From: Ginglymostoma cirratum
Taxonomy: Eukaryota
Assembly: GCA_024137785.1 (NCBI GenBank)
Contig: JAHRHZ010000139.1
Coordinates: 38,052,717 to 38,116,716, forward strand
DNA: 64,000 nucleotides
Direction: 5' to 3'
The notes beneath the pieces are model-generated. The model saw only the letters and a program-made list of their open reading frames with translations. It made no database searches and was not told the DNA's origin. The translations under genes and the position numbers were made by a program. Positions 22,100 through 35,185 of the stretch are shown in pieces; positions within the stretch are counted from its first letter, which is position 1, and every line of letters starts with the position of its first letter.

Positions 22100-25000
22100 T
22101 AAGATCGATTTAGTCGATGAGGTTCAAAATGGCAGGACAACTTGGCCCTGCAGAATGGTCCTCCTGCAGTATGCGGGAAATCAGGGACGCTTCCAGTCTT
22201 CATGGAGACCATGAATGCAGGAAGAATGTTCAGCTGCAGCTCCTGATTTGCCATATGGAGTGGTTGGAGCTGTGGATGGATTCACTATGGAGCATCCATG
22301 AGGCTGAGAAAGTCGTGGATAGCATGTTTAGTGAGCTGGTCACACCACTAGTAAGGGTTTCACAGTTAGGGAAGAGTTGGGTGACCACCAGGAAGACAAG
22401 TAAGCGTGGGCAGGCAGTGCAGGAGTCTGCTGTGGAGTCGGTTGCACAACTGGCTCTGTTTTATAGCAGGGAACATCAAATCGTAGGTGAGCAGTAGTGA
22501 TAGGGTTCTCAATATTCAGGGGCACGAATAGGTGTTTCTGTAGCCACAAGTGAGTCTCTAGGATGGTGTTACACCTCCCTGGTGCTAGGTTGAAGGATGT
22601 CTCTGAGTGAGCACAGGATCTTCTGAAGGGGGAGGGTGAGCAGTCAAAGGTTCTGGTTCATACTGGTAACAATAACATTGGCAGAAAGACAGGTGAGGTC
22701 CTACAAAGGGAGCTCGGGGAGTTAGGTAGGAAATTGCAAAGCAGGACCTCTAGGGTTGTAATCTCAGGATTATTTCCTGTGCCATGTGCCAGTGAGGCTA
22801 GGAATAGAAAGATAGTTCAGTTAAATATGTGGCTAAAGAGCTGGTGTAGGAGGGAGGGCTTCAGGTATGTGGATCATTGGGATATCTTCTGGGGCAGGGG
22901 GGACCTGTACAAGAAGGACGGGTTACACCCAAATAGGAGGGGCACCAGTATTCCTGGCAGGGAAATTTTCTAGTGCCACTCGGGAAGGTTTAAACTAGTG
23001 TGGAAGCGGATCATAACCAGAGCAATAGATCAGGAAGCGAAATGACTGAGGAGGAGTCAGAGACTAAGTCCAGTAATGCTGGGCAGGGAGAGGGTACTGA
23101 TCACAGCAGGACTGGCAATCTGAGGTGCTTTTGTTTTAATGCGAGGAGTATGACAGGTGAGGCAGATGTACTTAAAGTTTGGATTAATACATAAAACTAT
23201 GAGGTTGCAGCTATTAGAGAGACTTGGTAGAGTGAGGAACGAGACTGGCAGCTTAATGTTCTGGGATTTAGATGTTTCAGGTGTGATAGAGAGGGATATA
23301 AAAGAGGTGTGGGAGTTGCATTACTGATTAAGGAGAATATCACAGCTCTGCTGAGGGACGACACTTTGGAGCGTTCATCCAGTGAGGCTACGTGGATACA
23401 GCTCAGGAACAGGAAGGGTGCTGTCACTTTGATGGGATTTAACTACAGCCAGTGGGTGATAGAGAAATAGGTATGTGGAAAGATTATGGAAAAATGCAAA
23501 AACAAGGTTTCTCGAGGTGGGTGATTTTAACTTCCCCTATATTAACCGGGACTCAATTAGTACCAGGAGCTTAGATAGGGGGAGGAATTTTTTGAAGCAA
23601 TATGCAAGTAGTCCAACTGGGAAGGAGACATTCTAGACCTGGGATTGGGAAATGAGCCTAGCCAGGTGATCGACCTTTCAGCGGGGGAGCATTTCGAGAA
23701 CAATGACCAAAATTCTGTACGTTTTAAGTCATTTAGGGATAAGGATAAAAGTAGTCCTCAGGTGAAAGTACTAAATTGAGGGCAGGCTAACTACCACAAT
23801 ATTGGGCAGGAACTGGGGAATGCAGACAGTGGGCGAGTTGTTTGAGGGTAAATCCACATCTGGCATGTGGGTATCTTTTACAGGCCAGTTGATTAGAGTT
23901 CAGGATCAGCATGGTCCTGTGAAAATGAAGGATAAGGATGGCAACATTCAGGAACCTTCGCACAAGAGAAATTGAGAAAGTTTAGTCAAAAATGAAAGAA
24001 GAGGCGTACATAAGATTTGGGAAACTGAAGACAGTCAGAGCCCTTGAAGAATATAAAGGCAGCAGGAAAGAATTTAAAAAAGGAATTAGGAGGGCTAAAA
24101 GGGACCATGATGTGTCTTTGGCGCAACAGGATTAAGGGAAAACCCAAGGTTTTTAATACACATGTAAGGAGCAAGCGAGTAGCTACAGTAAAGCTAGGTT
24201 CATTCAAGGACAATGGAGGGAATTTATGCATGGAGCCAGAGAAAGTGGGTGAGGTCCTTTATGAATACTTTGCAATGGTGTTCACAAAGGAGAAGGACAT
24301 GGTGGATGTAGGGTCCCCAGGACCTGATGGGATCTATCCCAGAATGCTGAGGAAGGCATGGGAGAAAATTGCTGGGGCCTTGTATGAAATCTTCATATCC
24401 TGTTTAGTCACAGGAGAGGTCCCAAAGTACTGGAGAATAGCCAATGTTGTTCTTTGTTTAAGTGGAAATGACAAAGATGATTGATGATTGTGCAGTGGGA
24501 AATGTTGTCCACATGGACTTTAGCAAGGCCTTTTTACAAGGTCCCCCATGGCAGGCTGATACACAAAAGGGAAGTGACATAGGATCCATGGTTAGCTGGT
24601 AAGATGGATACAAAGCTGGCTTGGTCATAGAAGATAGAGGGTGATGGTGGAAGGGTGTTCTCCTGACTGCAGGTCTGTGACCAGTGGTGTTCCGCAGGGA
24701 TCAGTGTTAGGACCCTTGTTGTTTGTAACATGTATCTAAATGATTTAGACGAGAATATAGGAGTTCTCATTAGTAAGTCTGAAGACAACATAAAGATTGG
24801 GGGAACTGTAGATGGTGAGGAGGATTGCCAGAGAATACAGCACGATAAAAATAGGGTAGATGGAATTTAATTGGGAAAAATGCAAGGCGATACTTTTTGT
24901 GAGGTCTCATACAGGAGGGAAGTATACAGTAAATGGCAGAACCCTTGGTAGCATCAACATACAGAGGGATCTAGGTGTACAGGTCAACAGTTCCCTGAAA

Positions 25001-25640
25001 GTGGCATCACAAGTGGATAAGGTGTTGAAGAAGATATATAACATGCTTGCCTTCATCAGAAGGCAGAGTATAAAAACTAGGAAGTCATGTTGCAGCTGTA
25101 TAGAACTTTGATTATGCCACATTTGCAATATTGGGTACACTTCTAGTCACCAAACTACTAGAAGGGTGTGGAAGCTTTAGAGGGGGTACTGAAACTGTTT
25201 ACCAGGATGCTGCCTGGTTTGGAGGGTATTAGCCAAGAGGAGAGCTTGGACAAGCTCAGCTTGTTTTCTATTGAACATTGAAGGATGAAGGGCAACCTGA
25301 TAGAAGTTTACAAAATTGTAAGAGGTATGGATAGAATGGATAGTTGTAGTCATTCTCCCAGGGTAGAAATTACCAGGGTACACAGGTTAAAGTTGGGGGG
25401 GTGATGTTTAAAGGAGATATGAGACACAGGTTTTTTACACAGAGGGTGGTAAGTGCTTGGAGTGTGGTGCCAGGGGAGGTGGTGGAGGCAGATACAATTG
25501 CAATGCTTAAGAGACATCTTCACAGATAGACGAATAGGCAGGGTAACAGAAAGATTATGGACCATGTAAAGAAAAAAGGTTTTTAGTTTAGAAAGGCATC
25601 ATGTGTCAATGTAGTATTGGTGGGCTGGAGGGCCTGTTAG
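22100..25640 (+). mobile_element. Near full-length, inactivated CR1 LINE (ORF1 zinc finger + SGNH esterase; ORF2 APE endonuclease + RT)
   Basis: ORF1: SSCSMREI..HECRK..QLQLL and SRTSRVVISGLFPVP..WCRREGF..DGLHPNRRGT. ORF2: CFNARS, SPGPDGIYPR, WRIANV, SGVPQGSVLGP, MEFNWEKCK. CR1 3' UTR. Many stops and frameshifts. Confidence 0.92.
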
Positions 25641-25679
25641 AGCACAAAGTTTTCATTGTTACTGTGGGAATGTTGCTAT

Positions 25680-26210
25680 GGGTCATAGCCCTGGGCTGAA
25701 GAATGGCATCTGTGATGCTAGGGACATCAGGAGGAGGCTGAGATAGCAGATGGAACAGCACCTAGTCACAAATGCTTCCTTTGCACTGATGTACCAGTCT
25801 CCCCCATTAAGGAGGATGTGGATATTTGTGAAGTCTCAAACTCCTGTTAGTTATTTAATTGCCCACCACCTTTTGAAACAGTATGTGGCAGGACTGCAGA
25901 GCTGATACCTGATTAGATGGTTGTGGGATCACTTAGGTCTATCTATCACACACTACTTCCACATTAGGTTTACAGCTTCACCAGGTTATACCTCAGTTTT
26001 AGATGTGACCGGTATGGCTCCTAGCATGCCATCCTGCACTCTTTATTGAAGCTGGGTTGATCCCAGTACTTGATGATAGCGATATAGGGGGAAACACGCT
26101 TGGTCATGAGGTTACACAGTTCTGCTGCAGCTGAAGGACCAGAGTGCCTCATGGATGTCCAATTCTGTGTTGCTAAACCTGTCTAAAATCTGTTCCATTT
26201 AGCGTGGTGG
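25680..26210 (-). mobile_element. Internal fragment of an old LINE (same group as 61175-62150)
   Basis: tttaattgcccaccacc..gtggcaggactgcagagctga..ggttgtgggatcactta; weak similarity. Confidence 0.5.
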
Positions 26211-27576
26211 GAGTATACAATAGTGTGCATCCTCTAGGGTAAGGGGCATTGTCTGTTGGAGGTTTAAACTTCTGTGTCATTCCCTCAGTGTTGGCACTGG
26301 GACTTGGAGAGTACGACCTGTACCTCGGATTATACATCTCACCTCCAGCTACTGTATGTGGATTCTGAAGGGTCTGGGCCAAGATATCTGTAGCTGTGTT
26401 CTCCCTGATTGTTCTTTATTATCTGAATGTTCTTTCTTTTTCTTCAAACACTGATTGATGAGTGGTTCCTCATCCTACAATGAGTGTATTCACTTAGGTC
26501 CGGATGAATTGAACAATTATGTGATTTTTTCCCCCCCATTAAACGTAAGCTGAATTTTTGCAAGACTCATTGAACACACAGGGAAATGTGTGGTTACCTG
26601 TTTGATGCAGCCATTAAAATATGATTTGGCTTATTATCTCAACTGCCTGCAAAATAAGGAACATCTTTGTAAACAATGCAAGGTGAGAGAAAACACGCTT
26701 TGGCGCAGCTGATGCACATCAAGAACTTACTGACTTCCATGACCAGATTTTCAGCTAGTTCGATTGAGGAGAAGAATGAATTGATCCATCTCTTAACACA
26801 ATTTCCCTTCCTTATCTCTATAATCTTTGATATCTTCATGGGTATCTGGAGTGTCTAGAACTATCGAGAGGAGATCAGTAGAGTGCACAAAATCAGGCTG
26901 CATGTGAGGAGAGATTGAATTATATAAAGGATGCTTAATTAACAAATGATTATAAATCGGTTTGGCTGAGCCAAGGTTAGAAACACTGAAGTTGTGAGTT
27001 ATTGCGACCTGTTGCGGAGAAGAAAATGGCAAGTGGGAACTTGTACCAAGATCCTGTCATCATTTTAATCGAGGACTTCTCAGGCACAGGAGGGCTGCTC
27101 ACTTCAGGTAGACCAGGGGCCTAGTTAACAGGTTAAAGTTGCTACCATTTTGGGTGGAGAGACACTAAATCTGTTGTCGAAACCTGGCAGAATGGCCAGA
27201 AGAGACCAAAATAATTTATTTTGCAAACTTTTGCTGAGGATTTCTTGTAGATCTGAAGGAACCGTACAGTTCTACAACTCTGCATGTCATTGTCATTGGG
27301 TTTCTCCAGCCTCAGCAAACCACACCCCTGCCCTACCGTATGTCACGTTCAATTGTTCTGTGTCTGACTATGTGACTGTATATTACTTTTTTTTAGCCAT
27401 TGGTGTTCGCTGTGCTTAATTATTTAACCCTGGGTATAAAATGTGAGGAAAAATAACTGGAAAAATTGAGAAAAAAGTAGCTGGAAGCAAAGAGCTGTAA
27501 GTATGGGGTGGATATTTGAAAGAACGATAAAGAAAAATTGTTACACACATAGAGACTAATGTCATTCTCTTCATAA

Positions 27577-27715
27577 CTCCAAGATAGAGTCATTATGAAA
27601 TCAAAATGTTAACCTGATTTCTCTCTGCACACATGCTGCCAGCCCCTGCTGAGGTTTTCCATCATTGTTTTTGTTTGTTTCAGATTTCCAATATCTGCAA
27701 TATTCCGCTTTTATA
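27577..27715 (+). mobile_element. Old mini PLE (family B), the only plus-strand copy seen
   Basis: gatagagtcattatgaaatcaaaatgttaac...atgctgccagcccctgctgaggttttcc...tttcagatttccaatatctgca. Confidence 0.6.
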
Positions 27716-28314
27716 TAGAATATCAACAATTTTCTGCATTCAGAATTTCCCAACAACAAACTTTATGTTGCATTTTGTTCCTTAGGAACCTTGTTACATT
27801 TGTGTCTTGGTAGAGTTCCTATTTCCACCTTTGACTTGGTCTAGGAGGGTGATGGGATGGACCTGCCAAAAGTAATTGAGCTCTGGAGTTCAAATGGAGT
27901 CAGGCCTCATAATCACCGCAGGAGTTTCTCTTCAGTCTTACATCCCACCTTTACTGAGCCTGTGAGCAGTGAGAATGAATGGGAAGGACTGGGGAGCTGA
28001 GAGAAGGATTGAGATCATCCGAGTAGATACACAGCAGGCAGTGAGAACAGCCAGAGAGAAGAGAGAAATTCGGATTAGTCTGGCATCGTTTGAAGGATTT
28101 AAAATAAAAATTGGATTAAATGAATCAACCTACACATTATTTCTTTATGGTTGGAGCTCCATTGAGGAATCAGCATGAATAACTCCAGTCACATTTTCAT
28201 TGAAAAGACTGTGGTAGCTTCATACAATTCCCTATTATTGTATCAGAATGTCTTTGATGGGAAGCACTCTGGTTGTAAATTAGGTTGATGCTTTTACCTG
28301 CTGTGAGAATACGT

Positions 28315-28730
28315 CAGGCTTGGCTGAGTGGTAGCAGTTCTACGTGTGAAAGGTGTGGGTTCAATCCTACTCCAGGAACCTCAGTATAGAATCTAGTTTG
28401 TTACTTCAGTAAAGAATGCTTACAGGATGTCCGCATTGCCAGAGCAGCATGTTTTGGGTTAGACATTAAACTGAAACCCCGTCTGTTCTGATTGATTTAA
28501 AAAGATTAGTTGACACATTCTAAAGTGCAGAGGAATTAACTTGGCTATAAGTTACCGTGACCATCAGTGAAAAGTTGAATTATTTGGCTATTAGGCTCAT
28601 TGATATTTGTAGGGTCTTCCCCTGCGCAAGTTAATTCCTGCCTGTCCTTATATTACAAACCACTTTATTAAACTTAACTAATTGCCCATGAAGTATATGC
28701 AGATATGAAATGAATTATGCAAATGATAAT
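28315..28730 (+). mobile_element. DeuSINE-like SINE
   Basis: A-box-like tggctgagtgg, B-box-like ggttcaatcc, and Deu-like agacattaaactgaaaccccgtctg. Confidence 0.6.
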
Positions 28731-29139
28731 TCTATAATTGCTCTCATACTTCAGCGGAGGTGGAGAAGCATAAAACTTCATTGGAATATAAACTGCTTCT
28801 GTTAGCCTGGCCATGTCTTGTTGGCATTTCGTCTTCAAGGGGGAAGGTATGTCTATTTCTTCTAAGGTAATTTAAGGAATGGGGGGATTTTAATCAACAG
28901 CTGTTGGCAGAGGTAGAAACAAAGAAGTGCTGAAGTTAGAAAAAGGAAGTAAAATTGTTGCAACAATGATTACGGAGTGATTTGTTGAACAAGGCCTTGA
29001 ACTCTATATAAAGATAAGTGAAGATCTCACAAATCCTACAGTCAACACACTCACTGACAAAAGACTGAAGACCGTGGTTAGGTTATGTGGCTACTTTTAA
29101 CCTAATCTTCACATTGTATCCTCACATTTCATGTTTGTA

Positions 29140-29560
29140 AAAAAAGACTTTTCTTGGGTACTGCAAGCAAGCATGGTCCATCTATAGTTGTCCTGAGAAA
29201 GTGCTGGTGAATCTCCTTGAGTACCTGGGTTATTGGGTTGATGGGGTTCCCACAAAGTATTGAAGCATTGCCAATCAAGGCGCAACAGTACAGGTCCGGG
29301 TCAGAATAAGGTGGGACTTGAAGGTGATGGTGATTCATGATATTCCTGATGTTGTATTGCCCTGTAATAGAGGTCATAGAAAAGGAAGCTTTGTGACTTA
29401 TTTTAAGAAAATCCATGTGGCAGCCACAGTGTATCAGTGATTGAAGGGTTAGGTGCTGAGTCAAATACTCGCGATGCTGACCAAGAAATTGCTCTGTCCT
29501 TGATGGTGTTGACCTTCTTGTGTTGCTGGGGCTACATCCTGTTAGGTGTGAGGTGACGAT
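29140..29560 (-). mobile_element. Very old LINE 3' fragment (family of 21750)
   Basis: Degenerate match gtcctgagaaagtgctggtg...ccttgatggtgttgaccttcttgtgttgctgg. Confidence 0.45.
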
Positions 29561-30039
29561 TCAATCATTCTTCTGTTTTGAGTTTTGCTTTGAGACTTTC
29601 CTACAACTCCCCTGCCCTAAACATTTAGTATCCTTCCCATGTTTCTTTCTTATCATCCCTCGTGCTCTCTCGGAGATCACATTGTCCTATTACTTGACCC
29701 TATTCCCATCAAACTGCTGACCACCTTTCTGCTTCCAGGTTCACTGAGAATTCCTCCATCCCTGCAGGTAGTCTCACTCTTACCTTCAAATCTGCATTCA
29801 TCAAACCTCTTCTAAAAATTCACCTTTGACTTGTCTGCCTTTAAAACCTACTGTATCATCTCCAGTTTGCCTTTCCTCTCCAAAGTCTTTTAGCATATTG
29901 CAGCATCCCAAGTATAAGCCTATTTTCCTATAATTTCATATTTGATTTTCCTGAGACATGTTTCTGTCCCTGCTACAGTCTTGAAACGGGTCTTACCCAA
30001 TCACAAATGAAATCCTACGCCAAACTAGTTTAAAGATAA

Positions 30040-30245
30040 TCATGAAGCAATGTTGATTGTTGTAAAATTAATCTGTTTCGCTAACGCTTTTTAGGAAAGG
30101 AAATCGGCTGCCCTTACCTGGTCTGGCCTACGTGTCACTTCAGACCAACAGCAATGTGGTCACTCAGTTCAAGAGCAGCTAGGGACCAGTAATAAAAATG
30201 CTGGCCAGCCAACAATACTCATAACCCACAAGTGAATATATTAAA
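30040..30245 (+). mobile_element. SINE fragment sharing its tail with the 21750-family LINE
   Basis: Matches 40483-40690. Confidence 0.65.
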
Positions 30246-30249
30246 AAGT

Positions 30250-30830
30250 ATATATACTGTGGCTACAAGAGCAGATAAGAGGCTAGAAATTCTGCAATGA
30301 TTAACTTATGCCCTGTGTCCCCAATTCCCGTCCACTACCAACAAGGCGCAAGAGTGTGATGGAATACTGTTCACTTGCTTGGATGGGTGCAGCTCCAACA
30401 CTACTCAAAACAATTGACACCATCCAGGACAAAGTGCCTGCTTGATTGGCATTCCATCCACCAACTTCACCATTTGCTCCTATCACCACCAACGATCTGT
30501 GCACCACCTACAAAGTGCACTGCAGGAACTTCCCAAGACTCGAAATTGTGACTTGTACCATGCTGAAGGACAGGGCCGGCAGAAACATAGGAACTCCGTC
30601 ATGTGCAAGATGCCCTTCAAGCATATACAATCCTGACTTGGAATGATTTTTCCTTTCCTTCACTGTCATTGGGTGATCCCTTTGTACCTGCACGGTGTGT
30701 GTAGTTACACCTCAAGAATTGCAACAATTCAAGAGGCAGCTCACCATTACTTTTTCAAGGGTGATAATTCAGACAATAAATGCTGGCCCAACCAACCACA
30801 CCTAAACAAAATGATTAAAAATAAAAAAAA
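30250..30830 (+). mobile_element. LINE 3' fragment (family of 21750, plus strand)
   Basis: ggaatactgttcacttgcttggatgggtgcagctccaac..ccatccaggacaaag..ggcagctcaccat..caataaatgctggcc. Confidence 0.7.
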
Positions 30831-32487
30831 TGTGACTGTGTAAACTATCCCTTGTAATCCACTTGACCCGTTACACTCTTGATATTGTTGATCATGCCAT
30901 CCTCTCCAATGGCCCTCCTTTATTGCCCAACTGCTTGGGACTGCCTTCACTTGGCTACATTCCTTTGAGTCCAGTTACAGTCAGAAAATCACCCGTAATG
31001 TCTTCTCTTCCCACTGTGCTGCCATTAACTCTGAAGTCTCCAATGGATGTATCCTTGGCCCTTTCCTGGTTCTGATCTTCAAATCCTGCCCACCGGTGGC
31101 ATCATTCCAAAACACAATGTCTGATTCCTCGTGCACACTGATGATGCCCAGCTCAACATCACCGTGACCAACCTGCCCACTGTCTCTGACTTGTTACACT
31201 GCCTGTCAGACGTCATGTAAAAATCCTGGGAAGACTGTACCCATTACCTTCGCCCTCCTCCACAAATTCGCTTTCCTAGCTATCAAAACCATCCCTCTCT
31301 CTGGAAACTGAACAATGCAGTTTGCTTATTTGATGTTGTACTTGACCACGAGATGAGCTTCTCACTACATTTCCACTTTGTCTCCAAGGCTACCTACTAC
31401 CACCTTTGTCACATTGCCTGACTCCACACCACCTCACCTTATCTGCTGTGGAAATCCTCATTCTTGCTGTTGTTATTTCTACAGTCAACTATTCCGATGC
31501 TCCTGTCTTTACCCTGCACTCACTAGAAATTTCACTGCCCATATCCATCGATTACATCCTGTTTGATAACACCTCATTTTTGGATCCTCATTCTCACTGT
31601 CAAATCCATCTTTGGCCTCATCCCTCCCTCTTCCTGTAGCCTTCAAAAACTTCCCCATCCTTTGAGGAACCCATCCATGCTCCTCCTATTCTGAACTCCT
31701 CTGCATCTTCGATTTTAATCGAAAGTGACATTGTGAAATTGCACATGTTTTCCAGCAAAGCATTGGACTCTTTAGGAATCCTGCCATTAAAACTGCGACG
31801 GCAGATTCTGCTTCTAAAGCTGTAAGAAAACAAGTTACACTTACATTGGCAGTTATGCCTTTAACTTCCTGGGATTTTCTCCTTAAGCCGCTTTCTGTCT
31901 CTTTCACAGTTTGTTTTAAGATGTTTTGTAAAACCTACCTCTTTATCTAAGCTTTTGATTATTTGACTTAATATCGCCTAATACGGGAAGGTGTCAAATT
32001 TTGGTCGATAATTCTCTCATAAAGCACCTTGATACATCTTAATGTGTTGAAAGTCGATACAAAAACAAGCTGTTGTTGCGGACAGGGGAACTGAGTGACT
32101 TTGAGGGAAGGAAAATTGAGTCACTCACTACTGAGTTTGCAGTCTTTGGTCTCCTTGCCGTCACAGCGTTGATATGGCTGGTTGTATCTGTTCAGCGTTT
32201 GCTCCAACAGTGATAGTGATGAACCTAATACCTTCTTGCTGCTGAAGGTCAGGGGCAGTTGGCTTTGTTAGTTGTCGCTGGTCGCTTAGGTGGACTGAAT
32301 CTTACCAGTTGTCAGCTCAAGCCTGGACGTGGCCTGGGTCATGTTGTAAGCAGCAGAAAAAATGTGAATAGAGGAGAATGGTGTCAAATCATCAACAAAA
32401 TATTGTACGGACCTGTTGATGGAGAAGAAGGCACTGAAGAAACATGTGAAGACCCATTCCTGAGGAAACTAGAGCAATTTTAATAAT

Positions 32488-32580
32488 GAGATAACAAGGT
32501 GTAGAGCTGGATGAGCACAGCAGGCCAAGCAGCTTCAGAGGAGCAGGAAAGCTGACATTTCGGGCCTAGACCCTTCAGAA
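32488..32580 (-). mobile_element. Single-arm mini PLE (family A)
   Basis: gagataacaagg...gctgacatttcgggcctagacccttcagaa. Flanking duplication aattttaat (32476-32484 and 32584-32592). Confidence 0.8.
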
Positions 32581-34838
32581 AAAAATTTTAATTCTGATCT
32601 GGCAATCGTAACCAAATGCTCAATGTTTGGCTTCTCTGCAGCCACTGGGGGAGTGTTTTTCCTTTAATTTCTGCATGTGTCTGATTGTTTTCCATTTTGT
32701 GATGTTTCCCTACTGGACATTGATCAGGTTGAGCATTCAGTGGGGACACGGTATCAATGCTTAATGAGTGTTTAGGCAGAATACAGCTGGGGAGAGGTAA
32801 AGTGTGGTGTGTTGGTGAAATAGCAACAAGGGTAAGAGAATGCGATTGATTGTGAGAGGGAATGTCAGCCTTTCCAGCTCTGGACAGATGGCTTCGCGGC
32901 TGCTATGCCTTTCCTTTGCCGGGGGCTGGGGTGGGGTGGGGGTCAACAACAGATTGCCAACACTTGTCCGGGCACACAGCGGCATTTTAAAGCTGTCATG
33001 GGTGCAAGGAATGCTGGTCTTTTGGCAGATATCCACTAAGTGCTGAGCTGTTCTAAGAATGGTGCATGATGTGAAGGAGATAGAATCAGATGCTCCATGC
33101 CATGGTAGTAGTTAATGCAGCAAGTTTTAAGACCTGGTGAGAAATCTCACCACTCCACATGGCAGAAATCCCTCAAAATACCGGACGCAATTTGCCACTT
33201 AGCTGAAAAGAAACATAAGATTTAGCCCACTGTGCCCAGCTTGAACTTGAAAACAAATGATTTGGGGAGGGGGGTGAGGGTGACTGCTACCAATTGATTC
33301 ATATCGTTTTCTTGAGGTGTGATGCAAATGAGGAGCCTTTCCCTTGGGCACTGTGTAATGGGAAATCATGTGAACAACGCTCTTAACGTTTCCCATCCAT
33401 TTTAATGGATGGAAGTCAAGCACTATTTTGCCCTCTACTACCTATTAGTTGCAATGATAATGAGTTTGATAATAGTGGCAATCAACCTCTAATGATTAGT
33501 GTACTACAGACTCGCAAATGCCAATATGAACTTAGAAAATCAACACACTAGGCTTCTGTTTAAACAGAAATAGCAGCAAAAGCATATGCTATCAAAACCA
33601 GACAGCCGGAAAACTCTGAACTCATGTATGCATCCTGCACATTAGCGTCAACTTTCCTAATTTTCTTCACGGGTAATCTGCCTTTTTTTTTAAATAGAAA
33701 ATTTTAATAACATGCTTATTCACTTATTTCTGCTCTCCAGGAGCAACGCCCACAGGTCTTTTCAGAGTTAAATAAAATATATGTTTCTGCTTTTCAGCAG
33801 GCGTTGGTGATTTTGCCACAAGTAAAATTTGCAAAGAAAAGAACATTTTCTGGCATGGTTTTACGGTGAAAAGCAAAGTAGAATATTTGTCGCTTGGAAA
33901 CGGAGATGAAAAGCTTTTATTTGCATAAATGAATTACACAAGAATGTGCGTGGGCGTGTGGAATAATTAATTTTCCTGAAAATGCCAAAGTGAAATTTGC
34001 AGCGAATCGAGCTCATTTATCCAATCTCTTCAAATCCAGTGTAAAGAATTCCATTCGTATGGCAATTATGTGCATTGTTTAGTAGACAATAATATATCAA
34101 CCAGATTCTGTAACAAATCCCTATAAATCATCCTTTTGATTGTTTTGGATGGGAATAGTAGCACAATGCCAAACTTTAAAGCTCTTTTTCAGCTGGATTC
34201 TCATTTGCAATAACTCGAGTCAATTTTTTGTACTGACAGAACTTTTTTTAAACCTCTTCTCTTCAAATGACAGCTACGGACACAATTTTTTTTATTGTAA
34301 GTGCCTAATTGAAGCTGACTAAATGCTGCAATGGTTATTTCTCTACGGGTTATAGTTGAAACAGAGAGTTCCAGGCAGAGAAATGGGTGGAAAGAGCCAA
34401 TTTGTTCTTGATAATTGAATGTAATGAGAAGTACTGAGAATGCAGAGCCGAAGCACATGCAGAGAAGTGACTGGAATTATTGAATATTGGCTTCTTTTCT
34501 AAGTGAAGTGGATTCACTGCAGCTAGTTTGACGAGTAATAATAATCAGATCATTGTCTACTTGGATCAGGATTTGACATTTCGGTATTTTGCTGTGCGGA
34601 TTGAGGATTTTATTGCAAAATAATGAATAATAAGGAGCTTCAGTTGTTTACAGCTTATTATCACTGGGACTGAACAGTTCTTGTGATTTGGCACTTGAAC
34701 AAAATTACACCCGGATTGCTTGTCTCCAACTAACTGGTTTACATAGATTTTGGGAAATGTAAACGCGTAACAGTTTCCTCTCCAGTATGGTTACCTTGCT
34801 TGTCAAAAATACAACTTTTGTTCACTGCACACAGGTTT

Positions 34839-35185
34839 CATAGAATACCTACAGTGTGGAAACAGGCCATTCAGCCCGTCAAATCCACACCAAACCCTCC
34901 AAAGAGCACCCCACCCAGGGTCACAACCCCTACCCATAACCCTGCATTTCCAGAGGCCAACCCACCAAGCCTGCACATCCCTGGACACAATGGGCAATTT
35001 AGCATGGCCAGTCCACCTAACCTACACATCTTTGGACTGTGGGACGAAACTGGAGCAGCTGGAGGAAACCCACACAGACACAGGGAGAATGTGCAAACTC
35101 CACATAGTCACCTGAGGGTAGAATCAAACCCCAGTCCCTTGCACTGTGAGGCAGCAATGCTAACCACTGAGCCACCATGCTGCCC
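34839..35185 (-). mobile_element. Full-length V-SINE (HE1-like)
   Basis: Minus strand gggcagcatggTGGCTCAGTGGttagc...GGTTTGATTC (A and B boxes), V domain, CR1-like tail. Confidence 0.88.

Larger units (their letters stand above)
29720..32080 (+). mobile_element. Decayed L2-like LINE (RT and 3' end), interrupted at about 30030-30840
   Basis: IKPLLK..DLSAFKTY..ISSLPFLSKVF near 29800-29890 (cf. PLLKK..D...NYRPISNLPFLSK), DIVDHAIL at 30880, TDDAQL at 31138, L2-type tail near 32050. Confidence 0.65.

Noticed and set aside
35110-35185. tRNA gene-like sequence (also at 10.6k, 16.5k, 56.25k)
   Set aside because: These are SINE heads fused to a V domain and LINE tail, with no complete cloverleaf.
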